Origin: Thermoplasmatota archaeon
GTDB taxonomy: Archaea > Thermoplasmatota > Penumbrarchaeia > Penumbrarchaeales > Penumbrarchaeaceae
Length of the DNA stretch: 64,000 bases
Direction: 5' to 3'
Assembly (NCBI GenBank): GCA_049472215.1
Contig: JBLIRH010000003.1
Span: forward strand, 7,084-71,083
Both the position numbers and the translations under genes were made by a program. Shown piece after piece: positions 17,461 to 26,411 of the stretch; position 1 is the stretch's first letter; every line of letters starts with the position of its first letter. The notes below the pieces were generated by a model. It worked only from the letters and a program-made list of their open reading frames with translations, did not search any database and was not told the DNA's origin.

Positions 17461-18588
17461 TCAACCCCCGGACCGGAGTCTGGTTTCGCATTCCTCGAGC
17501 TTGTTTCGGGCCTTCGCCAGGCCAGGCTGGATCTCGAGCGCCCTCCGAAGGAAGATCGATGCTTCCTTCAGAAGGGGCGGGTCCAGGTCCATGAACAATG
17601 ACCCAAGGTTCATCCAGGCCCTTTCGTAATCGGGCTCTATCTCAAGCGCCTGATTGAAGGACCTTATGGCGGATTCCTTGTGGTCCATTTTTTCCTGGAC
17701 CACACCAAGATTGTTAAGGGCCCGGTATGAAGAAGGATTTATCTCGACAGCTTTCTGGAACAGGGCTTGGGCCTCCTCCAGCTCCTCCGTCATGAAATAG
17801 GTGTTCCCCAGATGGTATAGTATCTCATCGTCGTTGGGATATTCTGCCAGTATGTTCTCGAGGTTCCTCCTCGATCCCTCGATATCCCCGGAGGTCATCT
17901 GGTCCAGGGCCGCCTGGATAAGGTCGTACATCCTTTCGTCCCTGCGCTTTGAAATGGTCCTGGTCGTCCCGCGGATCACCCTGACCCTCTTCGGTGAAAC
18001 GATCCGGACCACCTTGGGTCTTGCGACCTCTTCATCGGGACTCTTGTATGCTTCCTTACGAACCTCCTCGACCTGTTTGCTACGGTCCAGCTCACGCTTC
18101 AGCCCCTGAACGTGCTCGGGATCGACGGGGGGAGGCTCGGGAGCTTTATCCTCATGGGGGGGCATGAGCTCCCTGATCAAACGCATATCTATGTCGTCCG
18201 GGATGGTATCTCCGGCCGACTGGTTTGCCCCTTTGGGTCCAGGCCCTTCTCCTCCAGAACCGCCTTCGATCTTCATGTAGGACCTCACCTCGTCTTTGAG
18301 GGAGTTTATCTCCCTGACGAGTGCGTCCTTTTTCTTTACCATCTCGTCCCAGGCCTCCTCCCTCCGGAAGAGGTCGGTCTTGTCGACCTTGCCGTTAAGC
18401 ATTAATTCGATGGTCAGCTTCTTTCTGAGGTCCTCGAGGTCCTTCTTCTCTTTGTCGATCTCTTCCTGAAGGGCTTCCAGGTTCTTCTCCTTCTCCCGGA
18501 TGGATTTGTATTTGTCAGATGTACCCGCTGCTTCCTGAGACCTATCGGTCAGAAGCGCACCAAGACCCCTTCCGAGCGGCTTGTTCAT
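17461..18588 (-). CDS. Coiled-coil plus TPR-repeat protein with ParB-like N-terminal peptide
   Basis: 375 aa. The N-terminus MNKPLGRGLGALL resembles the conserved ParB/Spo0J N-terminal GLGRGLxALL peptide. A coiled-coil follows, then a P-rich linker. The C-terminal region carries about 4 TPR-like repeats (YHLGNTYF, AQALFQKAVEINP, AIRSFNQALEIEP). Confidence 0.65.
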   Translation of the reverse strand: MNKPLGRGLGALLTDRSQEAAGTSDKYKSIREKEKNLEALQEEIDKEKKDLEDLRKKLTIELMLNGKVDKTDLFRREEAWDEMVKKKDALVREINSLKDEVRSYMKIEGGSGGEGPGPKGANQSAGDTIPDDIDMRLIRELMPPHEDKAPEPPPVDPEHVQGLKRELDRSKQVEEVRKEAYKSPDEEVARPKVVRIVSPKRVRVIRGTTRTISKRRDERMYDLIQAALDQMTSGDIEGSRRNLENILAEYPNDDEILYHLGNTYFMTEELEEAQALFQKAVEINPSSYRALNNLGVVQEKMDHKESAIRSFNQALEIEPDYERAWMNLGSLFMDLDPPLLKEASIFLRRALEIQPGLAKARNKLEECETRLRSGG

Positions 18589-18742
18589 CGATTTCTTCCC
18601 CTGCCCAGGTATGACTACCCTATTTTTTGACCCTATAACACAATTGTATTATTAAAGTGGTCTACATGGATAGCAAAATGTATTTGATGGCAGGTGTACT
18701 CAACTTTTTATATGACCTTGTTTTCTCCCTGTTGAAAAACGT

Positions 18743-18820
18743 GCTCCCATAGTGTAGACCGGCCAATCATTCCGGCCTTTCGAGCCGGTGACTCGGGTTC
18801 GAATCCCGATGGGAGCACCA
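18743..18820 (+). tRNA. tRNA-Glu (anticodon UUC), CCA encoded
   Basis: Acceptor GCUCCCA/UGGGAGC. Anticodon stem CCGGC/GCCGG with loop CUUUCGA. T arm CGGG-UUCGAAU-CCCG. Discriminator A followed by CCA. Confidence 0.9.
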
Positions 18821-18932
18821 TCCATTTTTTCAATTATTATTCACAAAGCCAAAAATGGATGACCCCATCATGGGGATTCGAACCTTGGTCCTGGAAATCC
18901 GAGGTTGCCGTTTCCAAGAATTTGTACAAGAG

Positions 18933-18983
18933 GTTAACATGTTAACGTATAACCAAATCCGTTATAAGGAATTAACATGTTAA
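18933..18983. promoter_or_regulatory. Two copies of the palindrome TTAACATGTTAA upstream of the HTH_10 regulator gene
   Basis: GTTAACATGTTAAC at 18933-18946 is a perfect 14-bp palindrome. TTAACATGTTAA at 18972-18983 is a perfect 12-bp palindrome. Their centres are about 38 bp apart, and the second ends about 25 nt before the TTG start at 19008. Confidence 0.45.
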
Positions 18984-19007
18984 ATATGAATAACGGGAAG
19001 GATAGAT

Positions 19008-19646
19008 TTGTACGAAGCGATCCTTGATGTGAGCCTGGACAGGTGCTGGATAGGGGAAACTCTGAAGCGATTTCCGGTCTCCCTGAAGATCATGGACAGC
19101 ATTCCATTCCGGGAAAAAGGGGTTCAGGACCTGGTGGAAATGGATCTCGGCAAGACCGATGTGGACGAGATCACTGAGTTTATAAGCGGTCTCCCCGAGG
19201 TGGATTTCGTCAAACATCAGGACACCTCCAGCAAAAAGAGGGTCAAGATGATCGTCGGTGTGAACACCTGTCCCGGATGCAGGGCACTGGTGGATGCCGA
19301 GACCTTCCTGCTTGCCAGAAGGTCCCTGGACAAGTCCTGGGCCCAGTGGCGTGTCCTGCTGACCAAATCAGAACTGATAGATACCCTCACCAGCAATCTG
19401 ACGAATCTCGGTATGGACCACAGGGTCATCGACCTCCATGAGTTCAAGGATTGGGATTCATTGAAGCAGAGCGAGGAACTGGTCCTGAAGGAAGCACTTG
19501 AAGGGGGATACTATGATTTCCCCAAGAGGATCGGGATCAGGGAGATCGCAAGGAAACTGGGAGTCTCTACTGCGTATGTGTCATATACACTGAGGTCCGG
19601 TCAGAAGAAGGCCATTCAGAAGTATTTCGGGATAAAGGAAAGGTGA
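19008..19646 (+). CDS. HTH_10 (bacterio-opsin-activator-type HTH) DNA-binding protein
   Basis: C-terminal LVLKEALEGGYYDFPKRIGIREIARKLGVSTAYVSYTLRSGQKKAI is typical of the archaeal HTH_10 family. The start is TTG in the track. Confidence 0.7.
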   Translation: MYEAILDVSLDRCWIGETLKRFPVSLKIMDSIPFREKGVQDLVEMDLGKTDVDEITEFISGLPEVDFVKHQDTSSKKRVKMIVGVNTCPGCRALVDAETFLLARRSLDKSWAQWRVLLTKSELIDTLTSNLTNLGMDHRVIDLHEFKDWDSLKQSEELVLKEALEGGYYDFPKRIGIREIARKLGVSTAYVSYTLRSGQKKAIQKYFGIKER

Positions 19647-19717
19647 TCTGGACCGATCAGACCTCAACATGAAGGATTGGTTTAGACAATCAATAATTGA
19701 ATGCATCCAAGCGGATC

Positions 19718-20761
19718 CTATCCACCATCATCTCTGATAGGAATTATATCCTTCGTGTCCAGGACCATCTCGATCTCGTTACCGGGTCGGAAGCTGCTTT
19801 TCCCTCCGATGATACCTCGTAATTCGACCCCCCCCTTCCTCAAGTCCAATAGGAGATCGCGCCCCCTGTACTCAACTGACACAACCTTGCATTTTATCCT
19901 GATCCCCTCTCCCTTGCTCTTGAGGGATTCGGGCCTGAAGCCAATATACCGAGGGGGGGGCCCTTTCCAGGAGATCTTTCCAATCCTCGTTTTCAGGAAA
20001 CCGTTGGAGAAGGATCCTACGGAAAGGATATTGGAAACACCCATGAACTTGGCGGTCTCGAGCCTCTCCGGTCTGCGAAACATGGCCTCCGGAAGTCCTT
20101 CTTCGTGTATCCTTCCATTCAACAGCAGACCGAGCCTGTCCGATATCGAGATAGCCTCCATCTGATCATGGGTCACATAAAGTGCAGTGGTCCCGGATGC
20201 TTTCAGTATCGATCTGAGGTCTTTCCTCAAACCTTCCCGGAGCGAGGCATCAAGTGCTGAAAGCGGTTCGTCGAGGAGGAGGACCTCGGGATCATAAATG
20301 AGTGCGCGTGAAAGAGCTACCCTCTGCTTTTCGCCTCCAGAGATCTCGGAAGGCATCTTTCGCTCAAATCCTGAAAGTCCAGTCAGTTCAAGTACTTCGC
20401 CAACCCTGCGTCTGATATCCTTTTCCCTGACATTCCTTGTCCTGAGGCCGAAAGCCACGTTCGACCTTACTGACATATGAGGGAACAGCGCATAATCCTG
20501 AAATACCATTCCGATGTTCCTTTTTTCCGGCCTGGTTTCAGTCACATCCTTTCCATTGATGGATATCCTTCCATCTGAAGGGTCCAGGAAGCCGGCAATT
20601 ATGTTCAGGACCGTGGATTTCCCCGAGCCAGAACCTCCGAGCAAAGAATAGACCTCACCGTCCCTGACCATCAATGATAGACCTTCGAGAACCTTGCCAG
20701 CCTTGGGTTTGTAGGAGAAATGAAGATCCTGGATCTCGAGGCTCACCGGTCCACCCCCCAT
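19718..20761 (-). CDS. thiQ: ABC transporter ATP-binding subunit (ThiQ/PotA/FbpC-like, with C-terminal TOBE-like domain)
   Basis: Walker A GGSGSGKST, signature LSGGEKQRVALSRAL and Walker B LLLDEPLSALD. The start overlaps the permease stop by 19 nt. Confidence 0.75.
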   Translation of the reverse strand: MGGGPVSLEIQDLHFSYKPKAGKVLEGLSLMVRDGEVYSLLGGSGSGKSTVLNIIAGFLDPSDGRISINGKDVTETRPEKRNIGMVFQDYALFPHMSVRSNVAFGLRTRNVREKDIRRRVGEVLELTGLSGFERKMPSEISGGEKQRVALSRALIYDPEVLLLDEPLSALDASLREGLRKDLRSILKASGTTALYVTHDQMEAISISDRLGLLLNGRIHEEGLPEAMFRRPERLETAKFMGVSNILSVGSFSNGFLKTRIGKISWKGPPPRYIGFRPESLKSKGEGIRIKCKVVSVEYRGRDLLLDLRKGGVELRGIIGGKSSFRPGNEIEMVLDTKDIIPIRDDGG

Positions 20762-22554
20762 CTCATGAAGGCTTTTCTCCCTAATTCTATCCCTAGGAAC
20801 GAAAGGAAGGTGATCAATATCAATATCACAGCAAATGCGTTCATCGGACCGATCTCTCGTCCTCCCCCCTCGATCATGCGATAAAGGAAAACAGGCATCG
20901 TCATATATGCCTCCTTGGACACCATAAGCGTGGCTCCGAGTTCCCCAAGCGAGATCGCAAAGGAGAACACTGCCGCAACCAGTATTCCCGGCATGATAAG
21001 AGGGAGTTTGACCTTGAAATAAGCTTCCAGCGGGCTTGCCCCCAAAGACCGGGCTGCCCTCATCAGGTCACAGGGGACAGCCCTCATAGATGAATAAATG
21101 GCTCTTGCTCCAAGCGGATAAGCAATTACCGAATGGACCATGACCACGATATACCAGGTTCCAGTGAGCTGCAAAGGTCCTGTCGAATAGGCCTTGATAA
21201 GACCATAACCCAGGGCGATCGATGAAGCCCCTAAAGGGAAGAGCAGGAGCATGTCCAGGAAACCCTTTCCAATGAACTTCCGCCGGACCATAATATGCGC
21301 GGTTAACAATGCCAGGGGGACCGAAATCAGCATGGTGAGGGACCCGAACAGCAATGAGTTCACGATCGCTCCAAGCGGCGAGATGGAGAGCATCGGGTCC
21401 TCCTGACGTGATAGGACCGTACCGTAATGGTCCAGTGTAAATCCTCCGCTGCTCCCGCTTGAAGTAATGCTCTCCTGCATTACCACCAGAAGCGGCCCGA
21501 ATATGACCAGGATGACCAAAATAGCATAAACAATGATCAATAGAAAGGGTGCTGGACCGGGCCGCTTTCCACCCCTTCTTGACACTCCCTCCCCAAGGGC
21601 CACTTCCGCTCGTCCCCCCTCCCTTGATGAACTCCAAAGGTAGATCCCCGTGGCCCCCATAACGATGATCGCCTCTATTATGAAAAGCGCGCTCCCGTGA
21701 TGTAGCTTCAGGTCCGTGAACAGTGAGAAGAGCTCGACCTCCAGCGTATGGTTGAGCCCGCCAACTACCAGAATGACACCAAGAGATAACAGACAGAACG
21801 TGAATACAAGCGAGAAGGACGATAATATTGAATATCTCATCTGTGGAAGTGTGATCTGTAAGAATGTTCTGATCCTTCCGGCTCCCATGGACCTTGCCGC
21901 CCTTTCAAGAGTTGGATCCATACTTGCGAACCTAGAATTGAGTATCCTCAACGCTATGGGGAAGTTGAAGAAAACATGTGCGAGAATGATCACCCTCTTG
22001 GTATAGAGGATATCTATGGTTGGAACGGAGGTTCCAAGGGAGGAGTTGATGTCATGGACCCAACCGTTCAACGTCCCCTGGGCCCCGAACAATCCAAGGA
22101 AACCCACTGCAAGTACAAGTGAGGGTAGAACGAATGGTACGGTGCTTGCCGCCATTATCATGGACCTTCCAAAGAATTTGTACCTGGCAAGAAGGTAGGC
22201 TCCGGGAAAGGCCAGGATGACGGTTACAAGGGCGGAAATGAATGCCTGTGCGACGGTGAACCCTATGACCTTCCTCAGTATGCGGTCCTGAAACACGTCC
22301 TTAAGATAATCGAATGTGAACCGACCGCTATCATCGACCACGCCGTACCTGGCCATCAGTGCCAGGGGATATAGACAAAATAGCACCAGGAAAACGGCGG
22401 GTATTGAATAGGTCAATATTGTACCGATCAGCCTGACCGATCTCCCCTTTGCTTTCAATCGATGACCGTCCTTTCTTTCAGAAGAAGGCTTCTCTCCATG
22501 CCTGGTACCAGCGATCATAGTTCTCCAATACATCTTCATTGGTGGGTTCAACAT
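20743..22554 (-). CDS. thiP: Two-domain ABC permease (ThiP-like)
   Basis: About 600 aa, polytopic, with duplicated MetI-like permease halves as in ThiP/FbpB. It overlaps the substrate-binding gene, so the exact start is uncertain. Confidence 0.7.
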   Translation of the reverse strand: MLNPPMKMYWRTMIAGTRHGEKPSSERKDGHRLKAKGRSVRLIGTILTYSIPAVFLVLFCLYPLALMARYGVVDDSGRFTFDYLKDVFQDRILRKVIGFTVAQAFISALVTVILAFPGAYLLARYKFFGRSMIMAASTVPFVLPSLVLAVGFLGLFGAQGTLNGWVHDINSSLGTSVPTIDILYTKRVIILAHVFFNFPIALRILNSRFASMDPTLERAARSMGAGRIRTFLQITLPQMRYSILSSFSLVFTFCLLSLGVILVVGGLNHTLEVELFSLFTDLKLHHGSALFIIEAIIVMGATGIYLWSSSREGGRAEVALGEGVSRRGGKRPGPAPFLLIIVYAILVILVIFGPLLVVMQESITSSGSSGGFTLDHYGTVLSRQEDPMLSISPLGAIVNSLLFGSLTMLISVPLALLTAHIMVRRKFIGKGFLDMLLLFPLGASSIALGYGLIKAYSTGPLQLTGTWYIVVMVHSVIAYPLGARAIYSSMRAVPCDLMRAARSLGASPLEAYFKVKLPLIMPGILVAAVFSFAISLGELGATLMVSKEAYMTMPVFLYRMIEGGGREIGPMNAFAVILILITFLSFLGIELGRKAFMRWGVDR

Positions 22555-23572
22555 GCTGGGTCGCGAACTCGCCGTGTGACGAAAAATACGGGTCCAGCTC
22601 TATACCGGTCACAGCCGGTAGCATAACATTTCTGTGGACCTCTGTCTGAAAATCTTCGGATAGAATGAACTCGAGGAACAACTGGGCAAGTTCCTTGTGA
22701 GGGGCTCCTTTCACAAGACACGCCCCCTCTATCTGCCTGTATCCTTGGTGGTCCGGGACCACTGTCACGGTGTTGTTGGTGCTATAAAACTTCACCTCGT
22801 ATGCAGTGTCCAAACCGTAGGAGATGGCTATGGGAGCTTCCCCTTTCAGCCATGCATCGTACATTGCATCCCATGAGCTCAGGACCCTGCCGTTCGCATT
22901 GTCTGCGAGATCACCGAAGAATGCGGAATAGTTCTCCCCGGCCACGGAGGCTGCCCAGATCATGAAAGAAGAACCGGTGGAAGACGTGCCGGGATCGGGA
23001 AGGATCAATTGTCCGTCATACTGGGGATCGGCCAGGTCCATGAGATCGTCCGGTATCTCGAGACCTCTGTTCCTCATCGTTTCCCCGTTGCATATCATAG
23101 CGAGATAGCCGTAATCATAGGGCACCATGTAATTATCAAGGTCTTCGGCAATGGAAGGGTCCAATCGGGATATGTTCGCTGGTACGTAGGGTTCGAAGAG
23201 GTCTGTTCTCATGGTCTTGTTCTTGTACATCATCGAGTTGTCCACTCCCATGGCTATATCCGCCTTTGGATCATCTATTTCAGCGTTCAATCTCCCGATG
23301 ACCGTTCCAACATCCCCAGGTGTGATTACCTTGACCTTTACATCGTACATCTTCTCGAATTTGGGAATGACCGCAGGTCCCAGCCCATAATCCGGATTTT
23401 GGAAGCTTTCGTAAGTATAAATGACAAGATCAGGTTCTTCCTCCTCTCCGATGAGGTATAGATAATAGACCGTTCCTAACACCCACGCAGTAATAAGTAT
23501 GAATATAATCGCAAGTATCGCGATCGTCTTGCCGGATACTGCACCTTCTTTCATTTTATACATCGTTACCAC
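22478..23572 (-). CDS. thiB: Thiamine/TPP ABC transporter substrate-binding protein (TbpA/ThiB-like)
   Basis: An N-terminal TM/signal is followed by blocks that I recognise from E. coli TbpA: VIYTYESF (vs VYTYDSF), VPYDYGYLAMI (vs VPFDYGYFAFV), DPGTSSTG (vs DPRTSTPG), ISYGLDTAY (vs LSYTTSPAY). Confidence 0.8.
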   Translation of the reverse strand: MVTMYKMKEGAVSGKTIAILAIIFILITAWVLGTVYYLYLIGEEEEPDLVIYTYESFQNPDYGLGPAVIPKFEKMYDVKVKVITPGDVGTVIGRLNAEIDDPKADIAMGVDNSMMYKNKTMRTDLFEPYVPANISRLDPSIAEDLDNYMVPYDYGYLAMICNGETMRNRGLEIPDDLMDLADPQYDGQLILPDPGTSSTGSSFMIWAASVAGENYSAFFGDLADNANGRVLSSWDAMYDAWLKGEAPIAISYGLDTAYEVKFYSTNNTVTVVPDHQGYRQIEGACLVKGAPHKELAQLFLEFILSEDFQTEVHRNVMLPAVTGIELDPYFSSHGEFATQHVEPTNEDVLENYDRWYQAWREAFF

Positions 23573-24446
23573 CTATCATCCCCTGTATCTCTACAGCCCG
23601 GGCAGAAACTTCAAGGGGGGAAGAGCCGAAAATATAAAGACAGGGCTCGATCCCGAAATCGCCAGGGTCGACAAGGATCCGGTTTGCACCAGGACCGTTC
23701 TTCTCCAGAAGTTCTTCGATCTTCGATGACATCCTGTCCAACTCCTGAAAGACCTGGTTGTCCTCCTTCAGAACCGATCTGATATCCTCGTTGAAAGCTA
23801 GACTGATAACAGACCTGATGGTTGGGTCGAAAAACATAGCAGCAAGAAGGACGGCCGCAAGATGACGGGAAGCTCCAAACTCAGGAGGTAGAGGGTCGGT
23901 GATCCTCCCCCTCCGATCGGGAAGACGACCCGGGTAGGATGCAATATCTTCAATGCTGTCTGCTCTCTCCACACCACTGGCGATGTTCACCTTCAGCGCC
24001 GGTACCAGATCGGGAATTGGATGGGTTCTTAGATAGAGAACTGCCTTCTCAAGGTCCTCAAGTACTTTTACCCTTCCACCCTCCTTGAGAGATCCCATGC
24101 ATGCTTTGCAGGGTTCCCTTCCGAATCTGCTTTTATATCTTGGATCAAGCATGCCCCCGGACACCGCCCTGTCGACTGCAAGGCAGAACCTGTCGGTCAA
24201 CTGTTCGGACCCTTCACCCGCACTTGCGGCGGCAGTTAGCTCGTTCGCGACCACCCTGACCATCGGTTCAAGGTCCGGATGAAGATCGGGTTCCTGTTTG
24301 AGATACTTGCTTACCATGGCCTGGGATGTTCCCAACAGCTGGGAGATCGCTTCCTGAGACGATCCTTCAGAATAGAGGGAGACCGCCATCCTTCTGCGGA
24401 CCTCCGGGAGTACCTCTTCAACAATTATCAAGTGGGGGGGCAGCAT
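23556..24446 (-). CDS. thiR: ThiR-like regulator: N-terminal HTH fused to a ThiN (thiamine-phosphate synthase-like) domain
   Basis: HTH segment SQEAISQLLGTSQAMVSKYLK. The C-terminal ThiN-like region contains FGASRHLAAVLLAAMFFDPTIRSVISL. The gene overlaps thiB by 17 nt, so thiR-thiB-thiP-thiQ form one overlapping operon. Confidence 0.65.
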   Translation of the reverse strand: MLPPHLIIVEEVLPEVRRRMAVSLYSEGSSQEAISQLLGTSQAMVSKYLKQEPDLHPDLEPMVRVVANELTAAASAGEGSEQLTDRFCLAVDRAVSGGMLDPRYKSRFGREPCKACMGSLKEGGRVKVLEDLEKAVLYLRTHPIPDLVPALKVNIASGVERADSIEDIASYPGRLPDRRGRITDPLPPEFGASRHLAAVLLAAMFFDPTIRSVISLAFNEDIRSVLKEDNQVFQELDRMSSKIEELLEKNGPGANRILVDPGDFGIEPCLYIFGSSPLEVSARAVEIQGMIGGNDV

Positions 24447-24584
24447 ATAACCGAGTTCTGATTACCTATAACCCGTATATATCGATTTTCCCGCATTGTA
24501 TAACAGAGTAATGAATGGTGCCGGGCCCTGGGGACTCAGAGGATGGGAGCGATGTCCAATCATAAGGCCAAACATATCAAATAG

Positions 24585-26237
24585 GTGAAATACTACTCGG
24601 CGGTCATGAGTCCGGCGGGTAAGAAGAACTACAAGGTCAGGACCGGAGCCAGGACGGCGTCGAAAGGCCTAGAGAAGGAGCTTAAGAGAAAGGCAAAACG
24701 CCTCTCTCAGGACCCTGACCTTGCGCTGCCCAAATGTCCCACAGATGTCCCTTATTTCAAGAGCATCGGAAAGAAGCTGAGGGAGATCCAGAGGATGAAG
24801 GACAACAAGAAGGCGCTGGAAAAGGCTTCGAAAAAGGGCGACCGTCTAGCAAGGGCATATGCGGCCACACTCCTCCTTCTGCATGAAGAGAAGATCCCCT
24901 ACCTTGCCGTCTTCAAATCTCCCTTCGGGGACGTGGGGTATGCTCTGAGGGGCGAGACCTCAAAGGAGAAACTGGTTGGTATCCAGAACTACGAGAACCC
25001 GCGGATCAAGATGATGGCGTTCCTGGAGGAGGTCAAGAAGAAGAAGCTCTTCATGTTCGTGACCGAGGATGAGGTGATATGCACCGGTTCGGATCCCAAA
25101 CCACCCAAGGAGGTCATCGACGCACTTCCGAAAAGACTGGGTAAGGGTATGAGGAAGGAAGGGAACGTCATCCATTCCCCGGACCTGAGAACTGCAACTG
25201 TCGAGAAAATGGAGCCCTGGAAGGAGCCATATCTCGTAGTATCATGGGATTCCGCCGGTATAAAGATGGCAAAATCACTGTCCTATTCCCTCCAGAACCA
25301 GGACAATACCTTTGCGACCTGTGCCTCGTACATGGCGACCGACCGTATCTCGAAACATTTCTCGGTCACCGTAAACGTCCGGCCCCTTTGCGAAAAAGGA
25401 AAGGGATGTCCATGCGACCCTCCGCAGAAGGAGGAAAAGAAGGAGTCCTTCCTATTAAGACTGGGCAAGGTAAAGGAGCAGACCTCCACGGACCAGTACA
25501 TGGAAGGCAAGATGATGGACCACAGGTTGATCGAAAAAGAACTGGATGACTACAGGAAGCGCCTGGAAGAGGTCGGGGAGACCGTCTATATCATATCCAA
25601 CAAATGCTACGGGACCGACCACAAGGCCGTCATGTCCTCCCTGGTCCTGAATGCCGAGGAGAAGGCCGCTCTCAAGAGCTTCTTCTCCCATGCCAAAGGT
25701 CCGCTTATTGCGCAGGATCCGAGCGCTAACAAGATCATGGAGCCATTTTGGAGAGACGTTGGAGAAGCCGTCCTGAAGGACCTTATCGATGATAAGACCA
25801 TATCCAAGGAGGTCTTCAAGGACTATCCGGCCCCCAGGTTCCAGCCGATGACCATCATACAGGAAGCAAGATACAGGGTCGAGGAAACGCAGATGAGGAA
25901 AAAGCTCCCGACCCCGAAGGACCCTCCAAGAATGATCGAATTCGCCTATGAATGCGCCCTTGCCTATCTTGTCAGGGGTGGGGAGGGAGCATCGAGGATC
26001 GTGGAGAAGTACCACGACGACGATATCAAGCTGAAAGCGGCCAAGTTCGCGTTCGTCAAGGGCTTGAACCTCACCCGCAGTGCCGGATGGAGCTATACGA
26101 CCCACGAAATGGGCTATGCTCAGGGCCTTGACGAGATCGTGGTCGAGCTTGCAAAGGACGACCCGGCCAAGTTCAAGAACGGGCTCATAAAGCTCTGGAA
26201 AGCCACCGGATCCACCCAGGACCTGAAATGGAAATGA
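24585..26237 (+). CDS. Hypothetical protein (550 aa), no domain recognised
   Basis: Long ORF with coding-like composition, a basic N-terminus and a Cys cluster (PLCEKGKGCPCD). The track start is GTG; ATG at 24606 is an alternative. Confidence 0.6.
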   Translation: MKYYSAVMSPAGKKNYKVRTGARTASKGLEKELKRKAKRLSQDPDLALPKCPTDVPYFKSIGKKLREIQRMKDNKKALEKASKKGDRLARAYAATLLLLHEEKIPYLAVFKSPFGDVGYALRGETSKEKLVGIQNYENPRIKMMAFLEEVKKKKLFMFVTEDEVICTGSDPKPPKEVIDALPKRLGKGMRKEGNVIHSPDLRTATVEKMEPWKEPYLVVSWDSAGIKMAKSLSYSLQNQDNTFATCASYMATDRISKHFSVTVNVRPLCEKGKGCPCDPPQKEEKKESFLLRLGKVKEQTSTDQYMEGKMMDHRLIEKELDDYRKRLEEVGETVYIISNKCYGTDHKAVMSSLVLNAEEKAALKSFFSHAKGPLIAQDPSANKIMEPFWRDVGEAVLKDLIDDKTISKEVFKDYPAPRFQPMTIIQEARYRVEETQMRKKLPTPKDPPRMIEFAYECALAYLVRGGEGASRIVEKYHDDDIKLKAAKFAFVKGLNLTRSAGWSYTTHEMGYAQGLDEIVVELAKDDPAKFKNGLIKLWKATGSTQDLKWK

Positions 26238-26411
26238 TCCATTAATGGAAACCCTTGAGATCATTCACCGGAATTATATCGGGGACCCCCCCGGGACAGC
26301 CGACCCTGGTCTTTTCAATTAATAATATTGGTTAGAAAATAGTTATATACAATCCTAGGGTTGTTCGATATAACAGTTCCGAAATAGCTGTACCTGGAAG
26401 CTGTTCTGGGG

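Noticed and set aside
18850-18925. A possible minus-strand tRNA or tRNA half downstream of tRNA-Glu, suggested by a GGTTCGAATCC-like sequence on the minus strand.
   Set aside because: The would-be T stem (CAAGG/CCCCA) does not pair. No acceptor or anticodon arm can be drawn, and the 3' end would not give a sensible acceptor. I kept it only as an inverted-repeat observation.
24447-24584. A TPP riboswitch upstream of the thiR-thiBPQ operon.
   Set aside because: I could not find the CUGAGA and ACCUGAUCUGGAUAAUGCCAGCG-type conserved cores on the relevant (minus) strand.
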